Assembly: GCA_963752255.1 (NCBI GenBank)
Contig: CAVVXT010000012.1
Span: forward strand, 64,001-128,000
Source of the DNA: Nitrososphaeria archaeon
GTDB taxonomy: Archaea > Thermoproteota > Nitrososphaeria > JACIWG01
DNA length: 64,000 nt
Direction of reading: 5' to 3'
This document shows positions 43,191-53,176 of the stretch, piece by piece; within the stretch, counting starts at the first letter, position 1, and every line of letters begins with the position of its first letter. The notes below the pieces were generated by a model. It ran no database searches and was not told where the DNA came from. It was given only the letters and a program-made list of their open reading frames with translations. Made by a program: the position numbers and the translations under genes.

Positions 43191-45059
43191 ATGTCGAAAA
43201 GATTACACAAGGTTACTGTTTATCCAAAGGCTTCAATCATATATACAAGTGATGGAGAAACATTATTCGAAGCTTTACTTAAAAATGGAATAGAGATCGG
43301 GGGCATATGCGGCGGAAAAGGGTTATGTGGTAAATGTTATGTGAGGGTAGCTAAAGGCGCGGTATCGCCTTTGACTAAGCAAGAGGAAAGATGGCAAAGG
43401 GTGCTCGATTCAGATAGTAGACTGTCCTGCCAGATTCGGATTCTATCGGATGCTGAAATAGAATTGAATCAGCAGTCAAGGGCTTCCGGAACCAAGATTC
43501 TTGTTTGGGGACAAGAAGTAAAATCAGAACTAAAGCCGAATGTGACCAAATGTAGGGTGGTGTTGAAGAAACCTTCCCTAGATGATCAAGAAGCAGATCT
43601 TAACAGACTTCTCTTATGTTTAGACATTGAAAGGTACGACAGCCTTATACTAAGAAAAGTTTCAAATGTGATGTGGAATTCTGACTTTGACGTTGATGTA
43701 GCTATTTTCGATGATGAACTAATCGACCTGTGTCCACATTTTGAGGCAGGTCACTTATACGGAATAGCTTTCGATATAGGTACAACAACCGTTGTTGGCT
43801 ATCTACACGATTTAGAGGACGGAAAATTGTTAGCTATCAAATCTCACTACAATGAACAGATAAAATTTGGAGAAGATGTTATTAGTAGAATCGAGTTCGC
43901 AAACAGGAATGAAGAAAATCTGTCCAAGATGCATTCGGCGATAATTGAGACTGTAAACAGAATCATCTCTGAACTTTTAGAAGAGGCAAAAGTAGATTCC
44001 GAAAAGATTTATGATATCGTCTGTTCCGGCAACACCGTCATGTGCTCTTTTCTCCTAGGGAATAGTGCCTACTACTCTTCGCGTGTACCATATATTCCAC
44101 CTTTCACTTTACCCACGAAATCTAAGACAAGAGACCTAAAGGTTATTTCAAACAGAAACGCGTATCTTAGAACCCTGCCTTCAATAAGTGCCTACGTTGG
44201 AGGAGATCTGGTTGCAGACATACTTGTTTCAGGAATACATAGATTTAAGGAACCTGCTGCTTTGGTCGACTTGGGAACAAACGGAGAAGTAGTCATTAAG
44301 ACTGAAGACAGTTTTTTGGCATCTTCCTGCGCTGCTGGCCCCGCCCTTGAAGGATACAGCATAAGGAACGGTATGAGGGCGATGGAAGGAGCCATAGAGT
44401 CGGTATCCATAAGCGAAGATAACAACGAGGTCTTTTTCAAAACTATCGGTGGAATTGAACCTTTAGGTATATGCGGTTCAGGAATCGTTGAAGCACTGGC
44501 ATGGATGAAGATAAAAGGAATTGTTGATAGAACCGGAAGAATAATTCAGGGATCAAGTAAAAAAATTATCAAAGAAAATAGTGAACTCCAGTTTATACTC
44601 TTCCAAGAGAAAGGGAAAAGAATAGTTATAACACAAAATGATATTCGGAAGCTTCAGTTAGCTAAAGCAGCAATCTTCTCCACGCTACTGACGCTGGCAA
44701 AGCTGGGAAAGGTTGACATCAGAGACTTCAAGAAACTCTTCATCGCAGGCGCTTTTGGCACATACATCGAGCCTTTTTACGCTGCAGTGATTGGCCTATT
44801 ACCTGAACTACCCAATGACAGATATACCCAGATTGGAAATGGCTCTGGTGCGGGTGCAACCGCTCTGCTTTTGTCTAGAAATGAATGGAAGAAGGCGGAC
44901 TCTATCGTTAAAAAAGTTAAAGTTGTCGAGCTCAACCTGATAAAGTTCTTTAAAGATGAATTCATTAACGCAACCTTTATCCCTCACAAAGATGAATCGT
45001 TATTCGACAAGACCCTGAGCTCGATTCGCCCCTTAGATTGGAAAAGATATAGCGCCTAA
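43191..45059 (+). CDS. Reductive activator of corrinoid proteins (RACE/RamA-type ASKHA ATPase with N-terminal 2Fe-2S ferredoxin)
   Basis: CGGKGLCGKC...RLSCQ ferredoxin, DIGTTT, GEDVISRI, DLGTNGE, AAGPALEG, GICGSG, QLAKAA, AGAFG. Confidence 0.92.
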   Translation: MSKRLHKVTVYPKASIIYTSDGETLFEALLKNGIEIGGICGGKGLCGKCYVRVAKGAVSPLTKQEERWQRVLDSDSRLSCQIRILSDAEIELNQQSRASGTKILVWGQEVKSELKPNVTKCRVVLKKPSLDDQEADLNRLLLCLDIERYDSLILRKVSNVMWNSDFDVDVAIFDDELIDLCPHFEAGHLYGIAFDIGTTTVVGYLHDLEDGKLLAIKSHYNEQIKFGEDVISRIEFANRNEENLSKMHSAIIETVNRIISELLEEAKVDSEKIYDIVCSGNTVMCSFLLGNSAYYSSRVPYIPPFTLPTKSKTRDLKVISNRNAYLRTLPSISAYVGGDLVADILVSGIHRFKEPAALVDLGTNGEVVIKTEDSFLASSCAAGPALEGYSIRNGMRAMEGAIESVSISEDNNEVFFKTIGGIEPLGICGSGIVEALAWMKIKGIVDRTGRIIQGSSKKIIKENSELQFILFQEKGKRIVITQNDIRKLQLAKAAIFSTLLTLAKLGKVDIRDFKKLFIAGAFGTYIEPFYAAVIGLLPELPNDRYTQIGNGSGAGATALLLSRNEWKKADSIVKKVKVVELNLIKFFKDEFINATFIPHKDESLFDKTLSSIRPLDWKRYSA

Positions 45060-45111
45060 CATTTGAATTTCCTTTTCACTGTTAAAACAAAAGATTTTTA
45101 ATGGCTCACAG

Positions 45112-45969
45112 TTGTCCCTAATTCAGAGCTTAATGATACCTGTATTGCTTGTTACAGGAAAGGGAATAGCGGAAACGTGGGAAAAATCGCTAAAAACGTT
45201 ATGTAAAAACGGCATTAAAATTAAGACCGAATATGATAAACCAAAAGATCCACCTAGCATCGATGCTACAATGATAATGGTAGTAAGTGAACCTCTCTCT
45301 GAGCCAAGAATCCATCTATCTATCCCTTCTATGTTCAAGGACCTAGAGAAGTATAAACAAGAAGTGATTGAAGGCGTTCATGACCATTGGATTGACCCAA
45401 AAAGCGGAAAATGGACTTATACATACCATCAAAGACTTTTCAAATATCCCACACAAGAAGGATTCATCGATCAAATCGATTATTTAATCAACAAACTTGC
45501 AAGTGTCCCCTACACAAGAAGAGCTCAGGCAATAACTTGGAACCCTATGTTGGACCCCTCAACTGACGATCCCCCCTGTCTTCAAAGAATATGGCTAAGA
45601 TGCACCGAGGAAGATGGTGAGCTGAAGTTGAATATGAACACTCATTGGAGATCAAGAGACGCCTACAAAGCAGCTTTCATGAACATTTTTGCTCTAACCG
45701 AACTACAGAAAAAAATTGCAGCGATGCTATCAAAGAAGATCAAAAAGGGAATCGTAGTCGGTCAGTACACGGATATTTCCGATTCATATCACATATATGG
45801 ATCTTATTTAGACGACTTTAATAGCAGGTTCCTCAAGGCAATAGAATTAAGGGAATTTTATTCGGAGAACATACGCAATTCTCGAACCATAGCGAGTACA
45901 CATCCTATTGTTCTAAAAGAGTTTGAGCAAGGTAAAATGGAACTGGAAAAAGAGCTTAGATCCAAATAA
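45112..45969 (+). CDS. thyA: Thymidylate synthase-like protein (archaeal ThyA type)
   Basis: YTYHQRL, TRRA, PPCL (catalytic Cys), RSRD....FMN and SYHIY motifs. Confidence 0.85.
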   Translation: MSLIQSLMIPVLLVTGKGIAETWEKSLKTLCKNGIKIKTEYDKPKDPPSIDATMIMVVSEPLSEPRIHLSIPSMFKDLEKYKQEVIEGVHDHWIDPKSGKWTYTYHQRLFKYPTQEGFIDQIDYLINKLASVPYTRRAQAITWNPMLDPSTDDPPCLQRIWLRCTEEDGELKLNMNTHWRSRDAYKAAFMNIFALTELQKKIAAMLSKKIKKGIVVGQYTDISDSYHIYGSYLDDFNSRFLKAIELREFYSENIRNSRTIASTHPIVLKEFEQGKMELEKELRSK

Positions 45970-46178
45970 TCGACCATTATTTACGTGAAAATGTAAATTG
46001 TGCAAAAAGTCGATCGACGTAGAAAGTAGACAACATAAGTCGGTGTTTTATGTTCAATCTATATAGTATTAACAGTGGAGAGATTTTGAGCATTTTATCT
46101 TCTAATGTTCAAATACTTAATGTTGAGGTAGAATCTTCGAAATCTCATAAGAAGCTATTCGCAAACTTTTAAAGGCAT

Positions 46179-47528
46179 TCAGGTTTCTAAATAGTCTTTA
46201 ACCTTGAGTTTTCCAACCTTTTGCTCGTAACTCGGTAGGGTTTGTTCAACCCTCTTTAAGGGGTCTCGATAAATATCATCCAATTTATCTTTCGCAGTCT
46301 CCAGATACCTTTTCTCGCTCTTGCCAAGTTCTAACCTTTGTTCTCCCATCATCAATATTGAAGCCTTTATTCCACTGGAGATAGTTCTAGAAAGCTCGTC
46401 CCCTCCACCGACTATGGCTCCCCCTATTTCACAAGCTATTTCTGGAGATAGAACAAAAGCCTGAGGGTCAACATATTTGTCGGATTCAACCAAAATATTC
46501 TTCAGTTCTTGCTGTTTTCCAATTTTTATCGCTGTGTTCATAATTTTTGTGTCATAGTGGAGAATCTCCAAAAAAACTTCTGGACCGTAGCCGCCGAAAA
46601 GCCTAACGTTTTCAACCTGCTCATTTGACCAAAGATCACAAACTCCACCGACAATGTTTCCGACAAGACTCGAATGTGCACAAGCAGCGGTCTTACCCTC
46701 CAATGACATAGGGTAACCTGTTATTGCCTTAATAATCACATTTTCATAGGCGCAATCCTTTCCAGGTCCAATAGCACCCTCCTCGTACGCTACTAGGCTT
46801 CTACATGCTGACATAGCCCTTACTATCGCTGCAAGAGAGTGGGGGATGACATTGTCTCTTAGACCCCCTGCAAGCCTCATTGAAGTATTACCAAATGCGC
46901 CAGCACTGTCACCACCCGCGATAACATTCTTATTCCTGGCGATTTTAACGATTTCCTTCCACAGTTTTTTCATATCGTAAGTTGCCAAGTACCCTAATGC
47001 CGCGACAATTCCAAGAAGGTCTTGCCTTATTACTGCGTAGTTAAAAAGTTCTTTTCCGCCTTCGGATTCTATCGAGAGGACATCAGCGCCATTAGAAGCT
47101 ACCTGCTCAAAAGCATCCATCATCCTATTGAATCCCCCTTCGTCGTTTTTTGGCTTGCCGAAATCCCTTATGTCTGGAACAGTTACTCTGAGAGCGAGTT
47201 GCATACCATATTCTTTAGAATATTCGTCTATCAGATTCTTCTGTAGTCTAGTTATTTCTCCTGGAAGAGTCGAATGCTGCATCTCAACATATGTCAATTC
47301 GGTTTCAAGCTGGAGTTTATCCACGCCTAAACTCGTTGCCCTCTTCAAAACCTGTTCTGTTATAGCTTTAAACTCTTCCTTCGAATCTTTGCCTACTCTT
47401 GGAAAATACTTTATCTCGGGTACAACACATCCTTTTCCTATCTCTAAGCCATTGCCATATATCAGGGGATGGCGGCTAAAACCAAAAACTAAACTATTTT
47501 TATCGAGCTCCACCTTGTTAAACTTCAT
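46179..47528 (-). CDS. mtaB: Methanol:corrinoid methyltransferase MtaB family
   Basis: LSIESEGGKE, RSLVAYEEGAIGPGKDCAYEN, EGKTAACAHSSLVGN, DLWSNE. Likely start MKFNKV. Confidence 0.92.
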   Translation of the reverse strand: MKFNKVELDKNSLVFGFSRHPLIYGNGLEIGKGCVVPEIKYFPRVGKDSKEEFKAITEQVLKRATSLGVDKLQLETELTYVEMQHSTLPGEITRLQKNLIDEYSKEYGMQLALRVTVPDIRDFGKPKNDEGGFNRMMDAFEQVASNGADVLSIESEGGKELFNYAVIRQDLLGIVAALGYLATYDMKKLWKEIVKIARNKNVIAGGDSAGAFGNTSMRLAGGLRDNVIPHSLAAIVRAMSACRSLVAYEEGAIGPGKDCAYENVIIKAITGYPMSLEGKTAACAHSSLVGNIVGGVCDLWSNEQVENVRLFGGYGPEVFLEILHYDTKIMNTAIKIGKQQELKNILVESDKYVDPQAFVLSPEIACEIGGAIVGGGDELSRTISSGIKASILMMGEQRLELGKSEKRYLETAKDKLDDIYRDPLKRVEQTLPSYEQKVGKLKVKDYLET

Positions 47529-47551
47529 ACGGAGCCTTGCTCCCCCCTTTC

Positions 47552-48193
47552 TTACGCTACCCACTGCTTGCAGAATCTTACTCCTTCTACCGCGTTCGAC
47601 CCATAGCTGTCGGCGCCTATGCTCTTGGCAAATTCTTCGGTGACAGCCGCGCCGCCAATTATGACTTTAACCTTCTTCCTTAAACCGGCTTTCTTAAGCT
47701 CGTCTACAACGTTTTCCATTTCCACCATTGTTACCGTCAGCAGAGCTGACATCGCGACTATGTTAGGCTTATCTTTCTTAACAGCATCGACGAACGCTTC
47801 TGCGGAGACATCGGCACCCAAATCTATGACGCTAAACTCAGATGCTTCAAGCATCATCGAGACAATGTTCTTTCCTATATCGTGAAGGTCACCTCTAACA
47901 GTTCCTATAACAACTTTCCCAATCTTCTTAATCTTGACACCCTTCAGTTTTGGCTCAAGTAGCTTTGTTACTTCTTTTCCAATTTCTCCAGCAACTATGA
48001 GCTCGGACAGAAAATATTCGGACGCTTCGAACTTTTTACCTACGATCTCCATACCTTGAGCTATACTTTTGAGGATTACTTGTTGTGGATCGACCCCCAT
48101 CTCCATAGCCTTTAGAGTATTCTCTTTTGATTTGTCAAAGTCAAGGTTTACTATATTGTCACGAATTGCTTCCAGAATCTCGTCTTTGTTCAT
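47552..48193 (-). CDS. mtaC: Corrinoid (B12-binding) protein MtaC/MtbC family
   Basis: Cap domain plus GDLHDIGKNIV (DxHxxG), SALLT and IIGGA motifs. Confidence 0.92.
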   Translation of the reverse strand: MNKDEILEAIRDNIVNLDFDKSKENTLKAMEMGVDPQQVILKSIAQGMEIVGKKFEASEYFLSELIVAGEIGKEVTKLLEPKLKGVKIKKIGKVVIGTVRGDLHDIGKNIVSMMLEASEFSVIDLGADVSAEAFVDAVKKDKPNIVAMSALLTVTMVEMENVVDELKKAGLRKKVKVIIGGAAVTEEFAKSIGADSYGSNAVEGVRFCKQWVA

Positions 48194-48342
48194 ATCTTCT
48201 CTCCGTCTCATTTATCAAATCTATATTTAAGTTTTTTCGTGAATGAGGATCCCGTTAAATATTTTTATTTTATTATTCAATCAGAACGCTGAGAGTCTTA
48301 TTTTCAGTGGAAAAAATTAATAAGTGTAGATAGAGTTCAATA

Positions 48343-49296
48343 CTAAAGCGTATTATATGATTTTATAATTTCCGCGTGGTCTATTTTTCCATCCCCGTCT
48401 TGATCGTAACCCTTAATTATCGAAGCATACCTTGACTGCCCATTGTAGAATTTTAGTATCTCTTCTGACAGTTCTGTCAAACCGATTATGGCCGATTTTG
48501 TTCCGAGATGTCTAATACCAGCTATAATTATGATACACTTTTCAGGGTCATAGGGATTTTTGATCTTGGAGATTAAAGCATCCGTCTCCCCCTGGTACAC
48601 ATTGCCATCTTGATCAATTAGACCTGACCAATAGTTTGGCTCCGCAAACTTTACAGGAAGATACTTATTTATTTCGGATGTTATAATATTTGTTACGGGA
48701 CCTCCTACCAAGATGAGGTTTTCATTATATAATCGTTCAGCTTTAATATCCGTATCTAAGCGGATAATGAAATTCTTTAGATTACTTGAATATTTTCCAA
48801 GGAAAAAAGATAATTCTGCTGCATAGTGACCGTCTCGTGCGACAGCCCTAAAAGGCCCATGTGGTTCAGGCGAACCTACAACAATGTACCCATTAAATGA
48901 GTCATCTTTGCAGAATTCTTTGAAAAATAAAGGGAATTTGTTATATAAATGATAAATTTTTAAAGCTTCTTCCTTTGATTCTTTAAATAGTATTGTAATT
49001 CCATTATTTGACAAGAGAACTCTTTTTGCACTAGCGCCGCGGATATTCTGTTCTTCGACTACGTTTATTATGCCAGATGTTATTAGTTTTTTAATGTGAT
49101 AGTAAACGCTTTGTTCGTTTAATGAAAGTTCTCTGGCTATCTCTCTGGCATACTTTGGCTTGTCTTCAATAGAATGGATTATCTTCCAACTTATCTCATT
49201 TGATAATACTCTCGTAGGGGTCAAGTCAAAAAATACTGAAGTATGGGCAGTAAGATTCTTATCTTCTTTTTGGTATGTTAAAAGTCCTTCAACCAT
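48343..49296 (-). CDS. ArsR-like HTH regulator with C-terminal alpha/beta domain
   Basis: KYAREIARELSLNEQSVYYHIKKL HTH, NLILVGGPVTN. Divergent from glmS. Confidence 0.75.
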   Translation of the reverse strand: MVEGLLTYQKEDKNLTAHTSVFFDLTPTRVLSNEISWKIIHSIEDKPKYAREIARELSLNEQSVYYHIKKLITSGIINVVEEQNIRGASAKRVLLSNNGITILFKESKEEALKIYHLYNKFPLFFKEFCKDDSFNGYIVVGSPEPHGPFRAVARDGHYAAELSFFLGKYSSNLKNFIIRLDTDIKAERLYNENLILVGGPVTNIITSEINKYLPVKFAEPNYWSGLIDQDGNVYQGETDALISKIKNPYDPEKCIIIIAGIRHLGTKSAIIGLTELSEEILKFYNGQSRYASIIKGYDQDGDGKIDHAEIIKSYNTL

Positions 49297-49436
49297 TTTA
49301 AATCAAATTATAATATTTTATTTCTGCTTATAAGTTTTTATTGTCTTTACACCCAAAGGACTTATTAACGAAATACGAATATTAACAAATTAGATAGCGA
49401 TGGTGAATTTATACAGCTTATATCGACTTTTAAACC

Positions 49437-51215
49437 ATGTGCGGTATAATAGGTTACATAGGGGAAAATAGAGCAGCTCCAGTAATTTTTATGGCACTCA
49501 AACAATTAGAATATAGAGGATACGATTCCGCAGGAATTGCTACACTTGATGGAAATGGCAGAATCCAAATAAAGAAAGATATTGGACGCGTAGAAGAAAT
49601 AAATAAAAAAATTGACTTTCAATCCATGGAAGGTACAATGGGAATTGGACATACTAGATGGGCTACACATGGGGGAGTCACACGTGCAAATGCTCATCCT
49701 CACATTTCGAATAACAACAAGATCGTTGTTGTACATAATGGAATAGTTGAGAATTATCAAGAAATAAGAAAAATGCTTGAAGAAAATGGCTTCACCTTTT
49801 ATAGCGAGACAGATACAGAAACGATACCAAATCTGATAGAATTAGAAATGCGAAAAGGAAAAAAATTTGAAAGTGCTGCAATAGATGCGATAAGACAACT
49901 TGAAGGATACTATGCAATTCTCGCTATGTGTGAGGGTGAAAGAAAAATAATTGCTGCCAGAAATGGTTCACCACTTGTATTAGGCGTTGGAAAGAAAGAG
50001 AATTTTATTGCAAGTGATATACCTGCTTTTATAGAGCATACAAAAGATGTGATATATGTGTATGATAAAGACTTTATAACTATAGGCTCCGATAATGAGA
50101 TTAAATTCTTTTCTTTGAAGGAAAATAAAGAAGTGGCAAGACCTATACATAGTGTAGATTGGAGTGTTGACCAGGCGCAAAAGGGTAATTTTGACCATTT
50201 CATGATGAAAGAAATATCAGAACAAGTGGATACAATTCAAAAGGCAGCGAATCAAGATACAAAAAACCTCTTTGCCGTTGCTGATGCCATTAATAAAGCA
50301 AAAGGAGTGTTTTTAGTGGCCTGTGGTAGCTCGTACCATTCATGCCTTTCTGCGAGCTATATTTTTTCCAAAATCGTTAAGATGCATATAAATGTGGTAT
50401 TAGCCTCAGAGTTCTCGAATTATGAGCATTATCTTACTCCTGAAACACTTATAATAGCTGTTTCCCAGAGTGGAGAAACCATTGATGTCTTGGAGGCTGT
50501 TAGCACTGCAAGAAGAAAAAATAGCCAAGTTATGTCTATAGTAAACGTAGTTGGTTCATCCCTACACAGAGACTCAGATAAGGCTCTAATGTTAAATACA
50601 GGGCCAGAAATATGTGTCTTATCAACGAAGACTTATACGGCACAACTAGCTGTTCTTTCGCTTTTGGCGTATACCGTAGTAGGTAGGTATGAAGAGGGTC
50701 TCTCTAATCTTAGATATCTATGGAATTCGATCTACAACCTAACATCTGTAAGTACAAGAGAACATATAAAACAAATAGCAGATAAACTAAAAGACAAAGA
50801 ACACATATTCTTAGTTGGACGAGGACTGATGTACCCTACTGCGTTAGAAGCTGCATTAAAAATCAAGGAGGTATCATACATTCATGCTGAGGGTTTCAGT
50901 GGAGGGGAATTAAAACATGGAACAATCGCTCTGATAGAAGATGGTACACCATGTATAGTTTTTTCTTCAAGAGAAACTGAAAGGGACATCGTATCAAACG
51001 CAATGGAAATAAAGGCAAGGGGAGGATATATTATAGGTGTTAATTCAAAGAATAATCCCGTCTTTGACTTCTTCATAAAAACAGCTGATTCAGATACCTT
51101 GGACCCTATAACACACATAATCCCAATTCAAATTCTTGCATATCAACTGGCAGTACTCCGTGGTTATGATCCAGACAAACCGAGAAATCTTGCTAAATCG
51201 GTGACCGTAAAATAA
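49437..51215 (+). CDS. glmS: Glutamine-fructose-6-phosphate transaminase
   Basis: MCGI, RGYDSAG, HTRWATHG, SQSGET, ELKHG, PRNLAKSVTV. Confidence 0.97.
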   Translation: MCGIIGYIGENRAAPVIFMALKQLEYRGYDSAGIATLDGNGRIQIKKDIGRVEEINKKIDFQSMEGTMGIGHTRWATHGGVTRANAHPHISNNNKIVVVHNGIVENYQEIRKMLEENGFTFYSETDTETIPNLIELEMRKGKKFESAAIDAIRQLEGYYAILAMCEGERKIIAARNGSPLVLGVGKKENFIASDIPAFIEHTKDVIYVYDKDFITIGSDNEIKFFSLKENKEVARPIHSVDWSVDQAQKGNFDHFMMKEISEQVDTIQKAANQDTKNLFAVADAINKAKGVFLVACGSSYHSCLSASYIFSKIVKMHINVVLASEFSNYEHYLTPETLIIAVSQSGETIDVLEAVSTARRKNSQVMSIVNVVGSSLHRDSDKALMLNTGPEICVLSTKTYTAQLAVLSLLAYTVVGRYEEGLSNLRYLWNSIYNLTSVSTREHIKQIADKLKDKEHIFLVGRGLMYPTALEAALKIKEVSYIHAEGFSGGELKHGTIALIEDGTPCIVFSSRETERDIVSNAMEIKARGGYIIGVNSKNNPVFDFFIKTADSDTLDPITHIIPIQILAYQLAVLRGYDPDKPRNLAKSVTVK

Positions 51216-51303
51216 TTGAAAAACTATAAGCGTCAACGTATATTACAAAAAATAAAGTTAAAACAAATTTTCTTAACTACAATTAAATGAGAAACATCCA
51301 AGT

Positions 51304-52437
51304 CTATTTACTATAGTACGTTTGCCCATATTTCCAAGCTTCATCGAACATGGCAACAATGTTCTCTGGCGGCGTTAATGGTTGGATATTATGAACCGAC
51401 GCTAGAACGTATCCTCCACCTTTACCTAACTGATTTATTCTCAACCTAACTTCTTCTCGAACATCTGATGGTTGGCTAAAAGGAAGAACATGCTGCGTGT
51501 CTATTGCACCCCAAAAGGCGACCTTGTCTCCAAACTTCTCCTTTAGATCTTTGCCATCCATCCCTTTTGCCGATACTTGGACAGGATTGATACCTGATAG
51601 ACCAGCATCAACAATGTCATCGATAAGGGAAGATATTGCTCCATCACTGTGAATTATGACCTTGGCTTTCGTTACGCGTTTGAAAGCGTCAACGATTTTT
51701 ATATGCTTGGGCTTAACGTACTTCCTATAAACTTGCGGCGATATTATGGCAGCTGTCTGAGTCCCTAGATCATCTCCAAAGAATACGAAATCGAGATAGT
51801 TGCCAATAGGTTTGACGTATTCTTCAATTAAACTAACCATTATACCCGCAACTTTTTCCATAATTGCATCAGCAATTTCAGGACGTAGTATTATATCAGC
51901 TAGAAACTGTTGATAGCCTCTGAGAAGCATCGAATGCGCAAAGGAGCCAACTATTACATATGGCAAACCTACAGCGTAGTCCTGTTTAGCAAGTCTTTCG
52001 GCCTGATCGATCATATCTTTGAGATCATAAGAGATGGTGTGTGAATCAGGCCAATTGAATTGCTCTATCTCTTCCATATCTTTTGCCTTTGCGAGTGGGC
52101 TGCCATCCTTTGTCACGTCATAATAATATCCTGTGAACCTCCTCTTAACACCCCATACATCTAGCATTTCTTTTGGATAGTTGAGCTCTTTTCCAGCAGA
52201 TTTTGGATAGATATACCTCGTATCTACGTGAAATTTCCTAAGAACTTTTTCGTCTGGTCTAGATGATCCACTAATCAAATCTAAAAGCCTGATTTTATCT
52301 ACGTCTATCTTAAGATTTCTAAGAAGAGGTTTATATGCTTCAACATGTATCGTGGAAACTGTTCCACCCATATCGATAGGTATACGGTCAGGCTGTTCAT
52401 GGTTGAGAGCAGACAGGACCCTTTCTCTGGAGTTCAA
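51304..52437 (-). CDS. URO-D/MtaA-CmuA superfamily protein (second copy)
   Basis: MNSRERV...PDRIP, GDDLGTQ, HSDG, NPVQ, FWGAIDTQ, GGGYVLASVHNIQ. Confidence 0.85.
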   Translation of the reverse strand: MNSRERVLSALNHEQPDRIPIDMGGTVSTIHVEAYKPLLRNLKIDVDKIRLLDLISGSSRPDEKVLRKFHVDTRYIYPKSAGKELNYPKEMLDVWGVKRRFTGYYYDVTKDGSPLAKAKDMEEIEQFNWPDSHTISYDLKDMIDQAERLAKQDYAVGLPYVIVGSFAHSMLLRGYQQFLADIILRPEIADAIMEKVAGIMVSLIEEYVKPIGNYLDFVFFGDDLGTQTAAIISPQVYRKYVKPKHIKIVDAFKRVTKAKVIIHSDGAISSLIDDIVDAGLSGINPVQVSAKGMDGKDLKEKFGDKVAFWGAIDTQHVLPFSQPSDVREEVRLRINQLGKGGGYVLASVHNIQPLTPPENIVAMFDEAWKYGQTYYSK

Positions 52438-52596
52438 AATTATCTATCGTCAACTATCTTTTATTAATTCTTTATATTTCTTTTGTGAGGACTAAAACAA
52501 CAATTCGTTTATTTCTTAGCGCAAAAACAACAGAAATTATTAGCTAGTATAATCTTATAAAAGTTTTTATACTCATTTTAGATAAAGTGATATTTA

Positions 52597-53001
52597 ATGT
52601 CAGTTAAGTCGTTGAATGTTAAAGACGTTAAAATTATTAAAGCGCTTGGAGGACCCATAAAACCCATAATCTCCAACGAGACCACAAGTAAAAACCAGGA
52701 CTTCGCGATGGGCGTCTTCAAACCCAAGGACGGGCTGTACCCTCATACCCACGTGAATTCAGAGGAAATCTACTTTGTTTTAGAAGGGAGAGGCACTGTT
52801 TTTGTTGGAAAAGAAAAGAAGACTATGAAGATCTCTGAAGGAGACGTTGTGTACATACCTTCCGGCGTTGTGCATGGTGTGACAAATACGGGGAAGAAGA
52901 AGCTTCTGATAGCATTCTTTGTGTCACCAGGAAAGCAACACGCAGGCTTTAGCATAGGCAAGGATTGTGTTGTCTTCGAAGAAAAAATTCTGACACCTTA
53001 G
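52597..53001 (+). CDS. Cupin-2 domain protein
   Basis: PHTH..SEEIYFVLEG.G, GDVVYIPSGVVH. Confidence 0.9.
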   Translation: MSVKSLNVKDVKIIKALGGPIKPIISNETTSKNQDFAMGVFKPKDGLYPHTHVNSEEIYFVLEGRGTVFVGKEKKTMKISEGDVVYIPSGVVHGVTNTGKKKLLIAFFVSPGKQHAGFSIGKDCVVFEEKILTP

Positions 53002-53176
53002 ACAAAAACATGAAATAAATAATGTTGATTAAGGCAAATTGATTTTAAGGCTTTTTTCACACCCCTTTCCTTTTTTGATATCACTTTTTCTAAACTCTAC
53101 ACAGTATTTTAAATAACATTTCTGACTATAAAACAAAAAGATATAGCCGAGATTCTTACAGTGTAAGCTGGTAGAA

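Noticed and set aside
45112-45969. Phage-type dCMP hydroxymethylase / DNA hypermodification system
   Set aside because: The specificity residue is Asn (dUMP type), and no viral, kinase or DNA glycosyltransferase genes are adjacent.
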